A stretch of 64,000 bases of DNA, taken from the NCBI GenBank assembly GCA_963798845.1, contig CAWCUS010000004.1:224001-288000 (forward strand). Direction: 5' to 3'. How positions within the stretch are numbered: position 1 is the first letter of the stretch; every line of letters begins with the position of its first letter. The notes below the pieces were generated by a model. The model searched no databases. It saw only the letters and a program-made list of their open reading frames with translations, and had not been told where the DNA came from. This DNA is from an uncultured Gemmatimonadales bacterium. Its GTDB lineage: Bacteria; Gemmatimonadota; Gemmatimonadetes; Longimicrobiales; RSA9. The position numbers were made by a program, and so were the translations under genes. Positions 31,077 through 42,418 of this stretch are shown here, in pieces.

Positions 31077-32342
31077 GTGGAGACGACGGAGATCACGGGA
31101 ATCGCGGCCGGAGGGGCCGGCGTTGGACGGCTCCAGGACGGCCGCGTCACGTTCGTGCACCGGACTGCGCCAGGCGACGAGGCGGTCGTGCAGGTGGTGG
31201 AGGAGAAGGCGCGCTGGACGCGCAGCCGCCTGGTCCAGCTGCTACGCTCCTCGCCCGAGCGCCGCGTCGCGCCGTGCCCGCACTACGACCGCTGCGGCGG
31301 GTGCACGCTGGAGCACATGCAGTACCCGGCACAGCTGCGGGCGAAAGGGCGGATCGTGGTGGAGGCGCTGCGCCGCATCGGGAAACGCGAGATCGAAGCC
31401 CCGGAAGTGGTGCCCTCTCCACGCGAGCTCGGGTACCGCAACCGCGTGACGTTCACACTCCGCCGCACGGCGGGCACGGAAGTGGTGGCGGGATTCCGGG
31501 AGCTGGAAGACCCCGATCGGGTGCTCGACATCGGAGACAGCTGCATGCTCCCGGAGCCAGCCGTCGCGGCCGCGTGGGGGGCGCTGCGGAGGGGCTGGGG
31601 AGAGTCGGCGTGCCGGCTCCCATCGGGCGACGAGCTGCGGCTCACGCTGCGCGGGAGCCAGGCTGGCGACGTCGTCCTGGCAGTCGACGGCGGCTACGGC
31701 CGCGGGCGGCCGGAAGCGCTGCTCGAGGCGGTTGCCGGGCTGGCGGCGGTGTGGCACCGCCCGGCGAGGGGGAGGAGCTTCGCGCTGCTGGCCGGTGACC
31801 CGAGCTTCCGTGACCGCTGGGGCGACGAGGATCTCGAGCTGAGCGGCGACGTGTTCACCCAGGTGAACCGCGGCGCCGCCGAGCACCTGGAGGCGTACGT
31901 CCTCGAGCGCGCGCTTTCGTACGGCGCGACCACGGTCGTGGACGCGTACTGCGGCGTGGGTCTCCACGCGCGGCGGCTGGCGCGGGAGGGACTGAGCGTG
32001 ACAGGGATCGAGGCGCACCCCGATGCAGTGGAGGAAGCGCGACGGGCGGCGCCGGAAGCTCGGTTCCTGGAGGGGCGAGTGGAAGCGCTGCTCCCGGACG
32101 CGCTGCCGGCCGACCTGGTCGTGCTGAACCCGCCTCGTGCGGGTGTGGACGCGCAGGTGGCGCGCGCGTTGCGCCGACGGCCGACAAGACTCCTGTACGT
32201 GAGCTGCGACCCGGCGACGCTGGCGCGCGACGTCCAGCGGCTGGGCGAGGCGTACCGGGTCGCGGGCGTCCGCTGCTTCGACCTCTTCCCGCAGACCGCG
32301 CACGTGGAGACCGTCATGGAGCTGGAATGCGCTACTACGTGA
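31077..32342 (+). CDS. rlmD: RlmD/TrmA family RNA (uracil-5)-methyltransferase with TRAM domain
   Basis: CPHYDRCGGC Fe-S motif, DAYCGVG, NPPRAG, YVSCDPATLARD, FPQTAHVE. Confidence 0.88.
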   Translation: METTEITGIAAGGAGVGRLQDGRVTFVHRTAPGDEAVVQVVEEKARWTRSRLVQLLRSSPERRVAPCPHYDRCGGCTLEHMQYPAQLRAKGRIVVEALRRIGKREIEAPEVVPSPRELGYRNRVTFTLRRTAGTEVVAGFRELEDPDRVLDIGDSCMLPEPAVAAAWGALRRGWGESACRLPSGDELRLTLRGSQAGDVVLAVDGGYGRGRPEALLEAVAGLAAVWHRPARGRSFALLAGDPSFRDRWGDEDLELSGDVFTQVNRGAAEHLEAYVLERALSYGATTVVDAYCGVGLHARRLAREGLSVTGIEAHPDAVEEARRAAPEARFLEGRVEALLPDALPADLVVLNPPRAGVDAQVARALRRRPTRLLYVSCDPATLARDVQRLGEAYRVAGVRCFDLFPQTAHVETVMELECATT

Positions 32343-32869
32343 CGCTGGAAGGCCGGACCTTCGAGGTAGACCTCACGGGAGAAGTCCCCCGTGTGGACGG
32401 CGAGCCGGTGGAGGCCGAGCTGGCGCGGGTCCCGGGCACGCCCACCCGTCACCTCCTGGCGAACGGCAGGTCGCACACGTTCGTTGCCCAGCGGCGCGGC
32501 CGGCACGCGTGGGAGCTGCACCTGGACGGCGCCCGCTACGAGGCGGAAGTGCTGGACGAGCGGACGCGCGCGATCCGGGCCATGACCGGGCGAGCGGCAG
32601 GCCCGCAGGGGCCGAAGCCAGTGCGCGCCCCAATGCCCGGCCTGGTCGTGGCGATCTTCGTGGAGCCCGGGGACGTGGTGGAGGCGGGGCAGAGCGTCGC
32701 CATCATCGAGGCGATGAAGATGGAGAACGATCTGAAGGCGCCCGGGGCGGGCGTGGTCTCTCGGATCACCGTGGAGGAGGGCTCCCCGGTGGAGAAGGGC
32801 GCGGTCATGATCGAGTTCAGGACTGCGCCGGATGGACAGGGCGAGGAGGCCGGGGACGGGGATGAGTGA
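32327..32869 (+). CDS. Biotin carboxyl carrier subunit (acyl-CoA carboxylase)
   Basis: APMPG and EAMKMEN biotinylation motif. Confidence 0.9.
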   Translation: MRYYVTLEGRTFEVDLTGEVPRVDGEPVEAELARVPGTPTRHLLANGRSHTFVAQRRGRHAWELHLDGARYEAEVLDERTRAIRAMTGRAAGPQGPKPVRAPMPGLVVAIFVEPGDVVEAGQSVAIIEAMKMENDLKAPGAGVVSRITVEEGSPVEKGAVMIEFRTAPDGQGEEAGDGDE

Positions 32870-34436
32870 GGACAGGGACGAGCGCCGCTTCGTGACCACG
32901 AGCGGCGAGACGGTGCGGACGTGCTACGGTCCGGAGAGCGCGCCGGAGGCCGAGTCGCTGGGGCAGCCGGGTTCGTACCCGTTCACGCGGGGCGTGTACC
33001 CGAACATGTACCGCGGGCGGCTCTGGACCATGCGGCAGTATGCCGGCTTCGGGACGGCGCAGGAGACGAACGAGCGCTATCGCTATCTGCTGGGCGCGGG
33101 TCAGACCGGCCTGAGCGTGGCGTTCGATCTGCCCACACAGATGGGCTACGACTCCGACGCCGCCATGGCGGCAGGCGAAGTCGGGCGCGTGGGCGTGGCC
33201 ATCGACACGCTCGAGGACATGCGGACGCTGTTCGACGGGATCCCGCTGGAGCGGGTTTCGGTCTCCATGACCATCAACGCCACCGCAGCCATATTGCTGG
33301 CGCTGTATATCGCGCTGGGTGACGAGCGCGGAGTGCCGCGGGAGCGGCTGGCGGGAACGATCCAGAACGACATCCTGAAGGAGTACATCGCCCGGGGCAC
33401 GTACATCTACCCGGTCGAGCCGAGCCTGCGGCTGATCACGGACACGTTCGCGTTCTGCGCCCGCGAGGTGCCGCGCTGGAACACGATCTCCATCAGCGGC
33501 TACCACATCCGCGAGGCCGGGGCCACCGCCGCCCAGGAGATCGCGTTCACGTTCGCCAACGCGCTCGAGTACGTCGAGCGCGCCCTGGGTGCCGGGCTCG
33601 CCGTCGACGATTTCGCCCCTCGCCTCTCCTTCTTCTTCGCCGCCCACAACGACCTGTTCGAAGAGGTGGCGAAGTTCAGGGCCGCGCGGCGACTGTGGGC
33701 GCGGCTCATGCGTGAGCGCTACGGCGCCGCCGACGCATCGGCGAAGCTCCGCTTCCACACACAGACCGGCGGCGTCACGCTCACGGCGCAGCAGCCGATG
33801 AACAACGTGGTGCGCGTCACGGTACAGGCGCTCGCAGCCGTGCTGGGGGGAACGCAGTCGCTGCACACGAACGCGTACGACGAAGCGCTGGCGCTCCCCA
33901 CCGCCGAATCGGCGAAGCTGGCGCTGCGAACGCAGCAGATCCTGGGGCACGAGTCCGGCACGGGGCAGACGGTCGATCCACTGGGTGGCAGCTACTACGT
34001 GGAAGCGCTCACGGACGCGCTGGAGCGGCGCGCACGCGAGTACCTGGCGGAAGTCGACGAGCGCGGCGGCGCGGCGAAGGCGATCCCCTTCTTCCAGGAG
34101 GAGATCCACCGCGCGGCGTACGAGCACCAGCAGGCCGTGGAGTCCGGCGAGCGGGTGATCGTCGGGGTGAACGCGTACCGCGAGCAGGGCGCTCGCGTGC
34201 GCATCGAGCAGCCGGACTACCGGGCGCTCGAAGCGGGGCAGAAAGAGCGGCTGGCGGCGGTGAAGGCGCACCGGGACGGCAATGCGGTGGCGCGAGCGCT
34301 CGCCGCGGTTCGGGATGCGGCGCGGGGAGAGACCAACCTCCTGCCGCCGATGGTGGAGGGGGTGAAGGCGCTGGCGACGCTGGGCGAGATCAGCGACGTG
34401 CTGCGCGCGGAGTGGGGCGAGTACCGGGGAGCCTGA
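32862..34436 (+). CDS. Methylmalonyl-CoA mutase, substrate-binding (large) subunit
   Basis: [37 protein letters not shown]; no C-terminal B12-binding domain. Confidence 0.93.
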   Translation: MSEDRDERRFVTTSGETVRTCYGPESAPEAESLGQPGSYPFTRGVYPNMYRGRLWTMRQYAGFGTAQETNERYRYLLGAGQTGLSVAFDLPTQMGYDSDAAMAAGEVGRVGVAIDTLEDMRTLFDGIPLERVSVSMTINATAAILLALYIALGDERGVPRERLAGTIQNDILKEYIARGTYIYPVEPSLRLITDTFAFCAREVPRWNTISISGYHIREAGATAAQEIAFTFANALEYVERALGAGLAVDDFAPRLSFFFAAHNDLFEEVAKFRAARRLWARLMRERYGAADASAKLRFHTQTGGVTLTAQQPMNNVVRVTVQALAAVLGGTQSLHTNAYDEALALPTAESAKLALRTQQILGHESGTGQTVDPLGGSYYVEALTDALERRAREYLAEVDERGGAAKAIPFFQEEIHRAAYEHQQAVESGERVIVGVNAYREQGARVRIEQPDYRALEAGQKERLAAVKAHRDGNAVARALAAVRDAARGETNLLPPMVEGVKALATLGEISDVLRAEWGEYRGA

Positions 34437-34754
34437 ATGCCGACCTACGAGTACCGGTGCCCGAAAGGGCACGAGTTCGAGAAATTCCAGCGCATGAGCG
34501 ATCCTCCGGTGGCGGAGTGTCCCGAGTGCGGGGAGAAGGGGGAGCGCGTTCTGTCGGGCGGCGCCGGTCTCCTGTTCAAGGGCCAGGGCTTCTACATCAC
34601 CGACTACCGGAGCGAGAGCTACAAGAAAGCAGCCGAGAAGGACAAGGGGGAGTCGAAGTCCGGGACGTCGTCCTCGGAATCGAAGCCCGAGTCCGGGTCG
34701 GGGTCCAAGGGTGAGAAGAAGGGCGATTCATCGTCGTCGAAAGGGAAGGAATGA
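34437..34754 (+). CDS. FmdB family zinc-ribbon regulatory protein
   Basis: MPTYEYRC..GH.FE, CPECG, FKGQGFYITDY, low-complexity tail. Confidence 0.9.
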   Translation: MPTYEYRCPKGHEFEKFQRMSDPPVAECPECGEKGERVLSGGAGLLFKGQGFYITDYRSESYKKAAEKDKGESKSGTSSSESKPESGSGSKGEKKGDSSSSKGKE

Positions 34755-36433
34755 CGGCCGAGGAGCGACTCGGGAGCGCACTGGCCGGGGCGCTGGCCTC
34801 GCTCGGAATCGAGGGCGCGGAGGTCCAGCTGGAGCGTCCGCGCAGCCCGGAGCACGGGGACCTGGCCACGAACGTGGCGCTCACGCTGGCGGGGCGTCTG
34901 AAGCAGCCGCCGCGCCAGGTGGCGCAGCGCATCGTGGACGCGCTGGACCTGGAAGGCGCGGGCGTGGCAGGCGTCGAGATCGCGGGCCCGGGTTTCCTGA
35001 ATTTCCGCCTGAGCCGCGCGGAGGTGGCGTCGCTCCTGGAGCGGGTTCTCCGGCAGGACGAGGCCTACGGTCGAACGAATGCGGAGACGCGGCGGCGTGT
35101 GATGGTGGAGTTCGTCTCCGCCAACCCGACGGGACCGCTTCACGTGGCGCACGGCCGCGGCGCGGCGCTGGGCGATGCCATGGCGAGGCTGCTGGAGTGG
35201 ACCGGGAACGAGGCGTGGCGCGAGTTCTACATCAACGACTCCGGCGTGCAGATCGACCGGCTGGCGGCGTCGCTGGAAGCGCGCTGGCGGCAGCAGCGGG
35301 GTGAGGCGGCGGAGATCCCGGAGGGCGGCTATCACGGCGACTACCTGGTGGATCTGGCCCGTGAGGCGGAGTCGGCCATGGGCGAGCGGCTCGCGCGGTC
35401 ATCGCCAGGGGAGCGGCTGACGCTCTTCCGGGACTACGCGGTGGAGGCGCTGGAAGCGGGGCAGGCGAAGGACCTGGAGGCCTTCGGCGTCGTGTTCAAT
35501 GAATGGTACCCCGAGAGCCGGGTCTACCGTGAGGGTCGGATCGAGGAGACGCTGGCGCTTCTGCGGGAGCGGGGGCTCACCTACGAGCACGAGGGGGCCA
35601 CGTGGCTGCGAACGAGCGAGTTCGGGGACGACAAGGACCGGGTGCTGATCAAGAGCGACGGGACGTACACCTATTTCGTTCCCGACATGGCGTATCACAG
35701 GGAGAAAGCGAGGCGCGGATTCGACCACGCGGTCAACGTGTGGGGGGCGGACCACCACGGCTACGTCCCGCGCATGCAGGCGGCGCTGGCGGCCATGGGG
35801 CTGGAGGGTTTCCTGGACGTGGAGATCGTCCAGATGGTGCGCATCCTCCGGGGGGGCGTGGAAGCGAAGCTGAGCAAGCGGGCCGGTGACTTCGTCACGC
35901 TGAGGGAGCTGTTCGACGAGACGGGCACGGACGTGGCCCGTTATTTCTTCCTGATGCGGCGGGGCGACACGCAGATGGTGTTCGATCTGGACCTGGCGCT
36001 GGACCACTCGGAGAAGAACCCGGTCTACAAGGTCCAGTACGCGCACGCCCGCATGATGAGCATCTTCCGCAAGGCGGGGGTGCCGGCGGAGCCGCCCGCG
36101 GAGGCCCAGCCGCTGGCTCGGCTGGCGACGTCGGACGAGCAGGAGCTGGTGAAGCAGCTGGCGCGCTTCCCGGAGGTGGTGGCACGGGCCGCGGAGGGTC
36201 GTGCGCCCCATCTGGTGTGCGACTACCTTGAGGAGACCGCCGGCATGGCCAACTCCTGGTACCACTCGGGGAATCCCAGCCGGAACCCGGAGCTTGCGGT
36301 CCTGGTGGACGATCCGGACCTTCGGGCGGCGCGGCTGGCGCTGGCCCGCGGGATCCGGATCGTGCTGCGCAACGGTCTCGGCGTGCTGGGTCTCAACGCC
36401 CCGTCGAGGATGGAGCGGGAGGAGGAGGCATGA
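34751..36433 (+). CDS. argS: Arginine--tRNA ligase
   Basis: EFVSANPTGPLHVAH, GADHHGY, KLSKR, QYAHAR. Confidence 0.96.
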   Translation: MTAEERLGSALAGALASLGIEGAEVQLERPRSPEHGDLATNVALTLAGRLKQPPRQVAQRIVDALDLEGAGVAGVEIAGPGFLNFRLSRAEVASLLERVLRQDEAYGRTNAETRRRVMVEFVSANPTGPLHVAHGRGAALGDAMARLLEWTGNEAWREFYINDSGVQIDRLAASLEARWRQQRGEAAEIPEGGYHGDYLVDLAREAESAMGERLARSSPGERLTLFRDYAVEALEAGQAKDLEAFGVVFNEWYPESRVYREGRIEETLALLRERGLTYEHEGATWLRTSEFGDDKDRVLIKSDGTYTYFVPDMAYHREKARRGFDHAVNVWGADHHGYVPRMQAALAAMGLEGFLDVEIVQMVRILRGGVEAKLSKRAGDFVTLRELFDETGTDVARYFFLMRRGDTQMVFDLDLALDHSEKNPVYKVQYAHARMMSIFRKAGVPAEPPAEAQPLARLATSDEQELVKQLARFPEVVARAAEGRAPHLVCDYLEETAGMANSWYHSGNPSRNPELAVLVDDPDLRAARLALARGIRIVLRNGLGVLGLNAPSRMEREEEA

Positions 36434-37356
36434 GCATCGTCGTGGTGGGCAGCGTGGCCTTCGACCGGATCGAGACCCCGTTCGCTACCGCCGAGCGCAC
36501 GCTGGGCGGCGCGGCGACGTACTTCTCGGCCGCGGCGTCGCTGCTCCACCCGGTCCAGCTGGTGGGCGTGGTGGGTGACGACTTCGCCATGTCGGAGCTC
36601 GACTTCCTGGCACACAGGGGCGTGGACTTCGCCGGGCTGGAGCACCGTCACGGCGACAGCTTCTTCTGGGCCGGGCGCTACCACTACGACCTGAACACTC
36701 GCGACACGCTGGAGACGCGGCTGGGCGTGTTCGCCGAGTTCGACCCGAAGCTGCCGGCGTCGTACCGGGATGCGGAGCTGGTGTTCCTGGCCAACATCGA
36801 CCCGGAGCTGCAGCTGCGGGTGCTGGACCAGGTGCACGCGCCGAAGCTGGTGGCGTGCGACACCATGAACTACTGGATCGACCGCAAGCGAGACGCGCTG
36901 CTGGCGCTCCTGCCGAGGGTCGACTGCCTCATGCTCAACGACAGCGAGGCGCGCCAGCTGTCCGGCGACCACAACCTTGCCAGGGCGGCGCGCTGGATCC
37001 GGGAGCACGGCCCCCGGATCGTGGTGGTGAAGAAAGGCGAGCACGGGGCGCTGCTCTTCGCCGAGGACTGCACCTTCTTCGCGCCCGGCTACCCGCTGGA
37101 GGAGGTGTACGACCCCACCGGCGCGGGGGATGCCTTCGCAGGCGGGTTCATGGGGTGGCTCGGGCACGCCGGCGCGATCGATGCCGACGAGCTGCGGCGG
37201 GCGATGATCTTCGGCTCCGCCATGGGGTCGCTGGTGTGCGAGCGCATGGGGGTCGAGCGCCTCGCGGAGGCGAGCGTGGAGGAAGTGCACGGGCGAGTGG
37301 GGGAGTTCCGCCTGCTCACCGCGTTCGAGCAGCCGACGTCGCCGGTCCATGGCTGA
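36430..37356 (+). CDS. PfkB family carbohydrate/nucleoside kinase
   Basis: GSVAFD, GGAATY, NDSE, DPTGAGDAFAGG. Confidence 0.92.
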   Translation: MSIVVVGSVAFDRIETPFATAERTLGGAATYFSAAASLLHPVQLVGVVGDDFAMSELDFLAHRGVDFAGLEHRHGDSFFWAGRYHYDLNTRDTLETRLGVFAEFDPKLPASYRDAELVFLANIDPELQLRVLDQVHAPKLVACDTMNYWIDRKRDALLALLPRVDCLMLNDSEARQLSGDHNLARAARWIREHGPRIVVVKKGEHGALLFAEDCTFFAPGYPLEEVYDPTGAGDAFAGGFMGWLGHAGAIDADELRRAMIFGSAMGSLVCERMGVERLAEASVEEVHGRVGEFRLLTAFEQPTSPVHG

Positions 37357-38389
37357 GCAGCTGAGCTACCGCGACGCCGGCGTCGACCGCGCGGCGGCCG
37401 ATCGGGCGAAGGACCGCATCGGCCGGCTGGTGGCGTCCACGGAGGTGGAGGGCGTCCTGTCCAAGGTCGGCTCCTTCGGCGGACTGTTCCGGGTCCCGCA
37501 GGACGGGAAGGCCCCGATCCTGGTGGCGAGCGCCGACGGCGTCGGGACGAAGCTGAAGGTGGCCATGCGCGCGGGACGTCACGACACCGTGGGGCACGAC
37601 CTGGTCAACCACTGCGTCGACGACATCCTCGTGGAGGGCGCGCGGCCCCTCTTCTTCCTCGACTACATCGGCATGGGCGTGCTGGACGAAAGCGTCGTGG
37701 AAGCCCTCGTTTCCGGGCTGGCGGCCGGGTGCCGGGAAAACGGCTGCGCGCTGCTGGGTGGGGAGACCGCGGAGATGCCGGACTTCTACGCGCCCGGCGA
37801 GTACGATCTGGCCGGGTTCATCGTCGGGCTGGTGGAAGAGGCCGGACGGCCGTCGAAAGCGCGCGTGCGTGACGGCGATGCGCTGGTGGCGCTGGCGTCG
37901 AGCGGATTCCACACGAACGGCTACTCCCTGCTGCGGAAGCTGCTCTTCGACCGCCTGGGGCTCGGCCTCGAGGATGCCTTCCCCGGGGTGGACGAGCCGG
38001 TAGGCGACGTCCTCCTCCGCGTACACCGCAGCTATCTCTCCGCCGTGGCGCCGCTGCTCGCGGACGGCGGCGTCCACGCCCTCGCCCATATCACGGGCGG
38101 CGGCATCCCGGGCAACCTGAACCGATCGCTCCCCGACGGGCTCCAGGCGAAAGTCGACCGGTCGACGTGGCGGGTGCCGCCCGAGTTCGACGGGGTGATG
38201 CGCACGGGCGGGATTCCGGAAGACGAGATGTACCGGACCTTCAACATGGGCGTCGGAATGATCCTCGTGGTGGCGCCGGACAGCGCGGGCGGGACGGTGT
38301 CCGCGCTGAACGCCGGCGGCGAGGACGCATGGGTGGCGGGGTCGGTGGGGCCACGCCCGGACGGCGCGGCCGCCGTGGCTCTCCTCTAG
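37349..38389 (+). CDS. purM: Phosphoribosylformylglycinamidine cyclo-ligase
   Basis: YRDAGVD, DGVGTK, GGETAEMP, HTNGYS, HITGGG, TFNMGVG. Confidence 0.96.
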   Translation: MAEQLSYRDAGVDRAAADRAKDRIGRLVASTEVEGVLSKVGSFGGLFRVPQDGKAPILVASADGVGTKLKVAMRAGRHDTVGHDLVNHCVDDILVEGARPLFFLDYIGMGVLDESVVEALVSGLAAGCRENGCALLGGETAEMPDFYAPGEYDLAGFIVGLVEEAGRPSKARVRDGDALVALASSGFHTNGYSLLRKLLFDRLGLGLEDAFPGVDEPVGDVLLRVHRSYLSAVAPLLADGGVHALAHITGGGIPGNLNRSLPDGLQAKVDRSTWRVPPEFDGVMRTGGIPEDEMYRTFNMGVGMILVVAPDSAGGTVSALNAGGEDAWVAGSVGPRPDGAAAVALL

Positions 38390-38393
38390 GCGC

Positions 38394-39332
38394 ATGCATC
38401 GCCTGGCTGCCGCGCTCGTGGTCGGGCTCCTGCTCCAGGGCGCCGGTGCGCTCCGGGCGCAGGACGACGAGCTCGCGACCGCGTGCCTGGCGACGGCGTC
38501 GCCGGAGTGCTACACGGCCGTGGCTGCCGCGCGGAGCCTCCAGACGCGTGTCGGGCTCTCGCTCTTCGGAGGGAGCCCCGTCCCGGGCACGGCCAGCACA
38601 CTGGGGATGCGGCTGCCGGGCGTGCCGCGCGCCGCACTGTCGGCGCGGGTCACAGTGCTCCCGATATCGATTCCGCCGCTGCTGGACCCACCAGGCGGCG
38701 GCGAGACGGCGCTCATCCCCTCCATCGCCGTACAGGTGAGCGTGGCGGCGTTCTCCGGCTTCGCACCGATGCCGGCCGTCGGAGGTGTGCTGTCGCTGGA
38801 CGCGCTGCTGCGTGCGTCGCACGCGTGGCTGCCGGAAAGCCGGGGCTTCCGCGACCGGGGCGCGACCGGCTGGTCGGTGGGCGCACGCGTGGGCCTCCTG
38901 CGGGAGTCTCTCTGGCTCCCGGGGCTGTCGATCACCGGGACGTACGGCCGCGCGGGCACCGTCACGTTCGGCGACCCCCTGACCGGCTCCACCGCGGGAT
39001 TCGTTGAGGCGCCGGTCACCGACCGGGGCGCGACGCTCGCGCTCAGCCGGCACGTCGGGAAGCTCGACCTGGCGGTAGGCGCGGCCGTGCACCGGTACGG
39101 CGGGGCGGCATCGCTGGGGTACTCGTCGTCGGCGCTGGTCGCACAGCGGCGGGTGGATGCGGACGCGTCCAGCGCGCCGTGGAGCGGGTTCGCGAGCGCC
39201 GGCTGGAGCGGAGCGATCACCCGCTTCGCGGTTGAGGCGGGTTGGCAGCAGACGTATGGGAGCGCGGGCACGGATGCCGGCTGGCGGGGCTCGGGGTGGT
39301 GGGCGAGCGGCGCGTTCCGGTTGATCCTCTGA
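38394..39332 (+). CDS. Hypothetical secreted/outer-membrane protein
   Basis: Signal peptide ending ALRA-Q, Cys pair, beta-strand periodicity, C-terminal GAFRLIL; fills the purM-ribD gap. Confidence 0.6.
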   Translation: MHRLAAALVVGLLLQGAGALRAQDDELATACLATASPECYTAVAAARSLQTRVGLSLFGGSPVPGTASTLGMRLPGVPRAALSARVTVLPISIPPLLDPPGGGETALIPSIAVQVSVAAFSGFAPMPAVGGVLSLDALLRASHAWLPESRGFRDRGATGWSVGARVGLLRESLWLPGLSITGTYGRAGTVTFGDPLTGSTAGFVEAPVTDRGATLALSRHVGKLDLAVGAAVHRYGGAASLGYSSSALVAQRRVDADASSAPWSGFASAGWSGAITRFAVEAGWQQTYGSAGTDAGWRGSGWWASGAFRLIL

Positions 39333-39348
39333 GGCGCGGCAGGGAACC

Positions 39349-40485
39349 GTGAGCGAGCGAGAGACCGACGCCGGGTTCATGCGACGAGCTTTGGAGCTCG
39401 CGGCCGAGGGCTGGGGCCGCGTGCACCCGAACCCGCTCGTGGGCGCCGTCGTGGTGCGGGATGGGGACGTGGTCGGCGAGGGGGCGCACCGGGAGTTCGG
39501 CGGTCCGCACGCGGAGGTGGAGGCGCTGCGTCAGGCGGGGGAGAGGGCGCGGGGCAGCACGGTTTACGTCACGCTCGAGCCGTGCGGCCACCACGGCAAG
39601 ACGCCGCCGTGCGCCGACGCGCTGCTCGATGCGGGCGTCGCCCGGGTGGTCTACGCCGTCGCCGACCCGCACCCGCAGGCGGCGGGGGGCGCGGAGCGCC
39701 TGCGGCGGGGCGGGGTGGCGGTGACCGCGGGGGTGGAGGAAGAGCGCGCTCGGAGGCAGAACGCGCTCTTCCTGGTGCCGATCGAGCAGCAGCGCCCGTT
39801 CGTGGCGCTGAAGTTCGGGCTGACGCTGGACGCGCGGATCGCCGGGGGCCCGGGGGAGAGGACGCGCATCACGGGCGAGGCCGCGGAAGTCGAGGTGCAC
39901 CGGCTGCGGGCGGGCTTCGATGCCATCCTGGTCGGAGCGGGGACCGCCAGGGTTGACGATCCGCGTCTGACGGTGCGCCACGCGCCTCCGCCGCGACGTC
40001 CGCCCGTCCGGGTGGTGGCGGACGCGCGGGCCACGCTCCCGCTCGATGGGGCGCTCGCCCGGGGCGCGGAGGCATCCCGGGCGGGAAAGCGCGTGGAGGA
40101 ACGCTCGGGCGAGGGGCTGGAGTCCCCGGTGTGGGTCCTGTGCACGGAGGACGCACCGCCCGGGAGGGTCTCGGCGCTGGAGCAGCGCGGTGTGCGCGTC
40201 CTGCGGGTGCCGCGCGGGCCGGCGGGTGTCGACGCGGACGGGGCGCTGCGTCGGGTGTACGACGAGGGCGTGAGAACGATCCTGTGCGAAGGCGGCGGAC
40301 GGCTCGGTTCGGCGCTCCTGAGGGGTGGACACGTGGACCGGCTGTACCTGTTCTACGCCCCGGTTATCTTCGGGGACCATGCAGTGCCGGCCTTCCCGGG
40401 CCCGACGCCCGGTTTCCGGGGACGCGTGGTGGAGGCGCGCGACGTGGGGGGTGATTTCCTGTTGACCGTGGATCGGAGCGACTGA
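39349..40485 (+). CDS. ribD: Riboflavin biosynthesis deaminase/reductase
   Basis: PNPLVG, HAE, EPC...PPC, DDPRLT, EGGG. Confidence 0.95.
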   Translation: MSERETDAGFMRRALELAAEGWGRVHPNPLVGAVVVRDGDVVGEGAHREFGGPHAEVEALRQAGERARGSTVYVTLEPCGHHGKTPPCADALLDAGVARVVYAVADPHPQAAGGAERLRRGGVAVTAGVEEERARRQNALFLVPIEQQRPFVALKFGLTLDARIAGGPGERTRITGEAAEVEVHRLRAGFDAILVGAGTARVDDPRLTVRHAPPPRRPPVRVVADARATLPLDGALARGAEASRAGKRVEERSGEGLESPVWVLCTEDAPPGRVSALEQRGVRVLRVPRGPAGVDADGALRRVYDEGVRTILCEGGGRLGSALLRGGHVDRLYLFYAPVIFGDHAVPAFPGPTPGFRGRVVEARDVGGDFLLTVDRSD

Positions 40486-41093
40486 TGTTCAGCGGGATCG
40501 TGGAGGCGGTGGGTCGAATCGCCAGGGTCGAGTCGGTCTCCAACGGGAGGCGGTTCGGTATCGAAGCGCCGTTCGCGGCCGAGCTGGGTGAAGGCGACTC
40601 CGTGGCGGTCGAGGGGGTGTGCCTGACGGCCACGTCGGTGTCCGATGGCGGCTTCGAAGTGGAGGCGATCGCCACCACGCTGTCACGCACCACGCTCGGG
40701 AAGCTGGAGCGGGGGTCGCCGGTGAACCTGGAGCGTGCGCTGGCGCTGGGGGAGCGACTCGGGGGTCACCTGGTACAGGGGCACGTGGACGGGGTGGGCG
40801 AGGTCGTGGGGGTGGCGAGGGAGGGAGAGCACGTGCTCCTGGACGTGCGCATGCCCGAGGTGGTGGGCGAGGTGACCGTCCTCCACGGCTCGATCGCCGT
40901 GGCCGGGGTGAGTCTCACGGTCAACGCGATGCCTGCAGCGGACGTGGCGCAGGTGGCGCTGATCCCGTATACCTGGGACCACACGACGCTTTCGGACCTC
41001 CGGCCCGGTGACGGGGTTAACCTCGAGGGGGACCTGCTGGGCCGGTTCGTGGTGGATTACCTGAAGAAGCGCGGCCAGGGGGAGGCCGGATGA
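40485..41093 (+). CDS. ribE: Riboflavin synthase
   Basis: [28 protein letters not shown]. Confidence 0.95.
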   Translation: MFSGIVEAVGRIARVESVSNGRRFGIEAPFAAELGEGDSVAVEGVCLTATSVSDGGFEVEAIATTLSRTTLGKLERGSPVNLERALALGERLGGHLVQGHVDGVGEVVGVAREGEHVLLDVRMPEVVGEVTVLHGSIAVAGVSLTVNAMPAADVAQVALIPYTWDHTTLSDLRPGDGVNLEGDLLGRFVVDYLKKRGQGEAG

Positions 41094-42418
41094 ACCAGAA
41101 AGAATCAGCGTTCGACACGGTCGAGGAGGCCATTCGCGAGATCCGCGACGGCCGCATGGTGATCGTCGCGGACGACGAGGATAGGGAAAACGAGGGGGAC
41201 CTGGTCTGCGCGGCGGCCAAGATCACCCCGGACGCGATCAACTTCATGGCGATGCACGCCCGCGGTCTGATCTGCGTGGCGGTCACGCCTACGCGCGCGG
41301 ACCAGCTGGGACTCCCGCTCATGCAGGAGCACAACACCGAGTCCTTCCGGACCGCCTTCACGGTGAGCGTGGACGGGCACCCGCGCTTCGGGGTGACCAC
41401 GGGGATCAGCGCGCACGACCGGGCCAGGACCATCGAGCTCCTGGTGGACCCGGAGACGCGGCCGGGCGACCTGCGGCGGCCGGGGCACGTGTTCCCGCTG
41501 CGGGCTGTGCCAGGAGGCGTTCTGCGTCGCGTGGGGCAGACTGAAGCGTCGGTGGACCTGGCGCGGCTGGCCGGACTCCCGCCGGCGGGCGTGATCTGCG
41601 AGATCATGAATCCGGACGGCACCATGGCCCGGCGCCAGCAGCTGGAGGTGTTCGCGAAGGAGCACGGTGTGAAGTTCATCACAGTGGCCCAGATCGTGGC
41701 ATACCGGCTGGCGAACGAGCGCCTGGTGCGGCGGGTGGCGGAGGCGTCGCTGCCCACGAGTCACGGCGAGTTCAGGGTCATCGCGTTCGAGAACCAGGTG
41801 GACGGGCTGGAGCACGTGGCTCTGGTGCGCGGGGCGATCGAGGGCGAATCGAACGTGCTGGTGCGCATGCACTCGGAGTGCCTCACGGGCGACGTCTTCC
41901 ACTCCGAGCGCTGCGACTGCGGCGCCCAGCTGGACGCAGCCATGCGCCAGATCGCGGAGGCGGGAAAGGGCGCGATCGTCTACCTGCGCCAGGAAGGGCG
42001 GGGGATCGGGCTGGCGAACAAGATCCGGGCCTACGCGCTCCAGGACGACGGGCAGGACACGGTCGAGGCCAACAAGTCGCTGGGCTTCAAGCCGGACCTG
42101 CGCGACTACGGGATCGGCGCCCAGATCCTCCTGGACCTCGGACTGAGCTCGATCCGGCTGCTCACGAACAACCCGCGCAAGATCGTGGGCCTCGAAGGCT
42201 ACGGCCTCACCATCACGGGGCGCGTGCCGATCCAGATCGCTCCGACGGCCTTCAACCGCGGCTATCTGGAGACCAAGCGGAGCAAGCTCGGCCATATCCT
42301 GCCGGAGCCCATCGACCCCGCCATGGGCGATGGCGTCTCGCCGTCCCGTGTGCCTGAGGCGCGGGCTGCGCCGAGGCCTGCGCGCGCCGAAGAGGTGGCC
42401 GCGGAAAGCGAGGCATGA
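41090..42418 (+). CDS. ribBA: Bifunctional DHBP synthase/GTP cyclohydrolase II
   Basis: [43 protein letters not shown]. Confidence 0.96.
   Translation: MNQKESAFDTVEEAIREIRDGRMVIVADDEDRENEGDLVCAAAKITPDAINFMAMHARGLICVAVTPTRADQLGLPLMQEHNTESFRTAFTVSVDGHPRFGVTTGISAHDRARTIELLVDPETRPGDLRRPGHVFPLRAVPGGVLRRVGQTEASVDLARLAGLPPAGVICEIMNPDGTMARRQQLEVFAKEHGVKFITVAQIVAYRLANERLVRRVAEASLPTSHGEFRVIAFENQVDGLEHVALVRGAIEGESNVLVRMHSECLTGDVFHSERCDCGAQLDAAMRQIAEAGKGAIVYLRQEGRGIGLANKIRAYALQDDGQDTVEANKSLGFKPDLRDYGIGAQILLDLGLSSIRLLTNNPRKIVGLEGYGLTITGRVPIQIAPTAFNRGYLETKRSKLGHILPEPIDPAMGDGVSPSRVPEARAAPRPARAEEVAAESEA

Noticed and set aside
39333..39348. FMN riboswitch before the rib operon
   Set aside because: The intergenic gap is only 16 bp and no RFN motif is seen.
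41520..41550. RibB GQTE instead of GHTE
   Set aside because: To my knowledge this variant occurs in other RibBA proteins, so it is not evidence of inactivation on its own.
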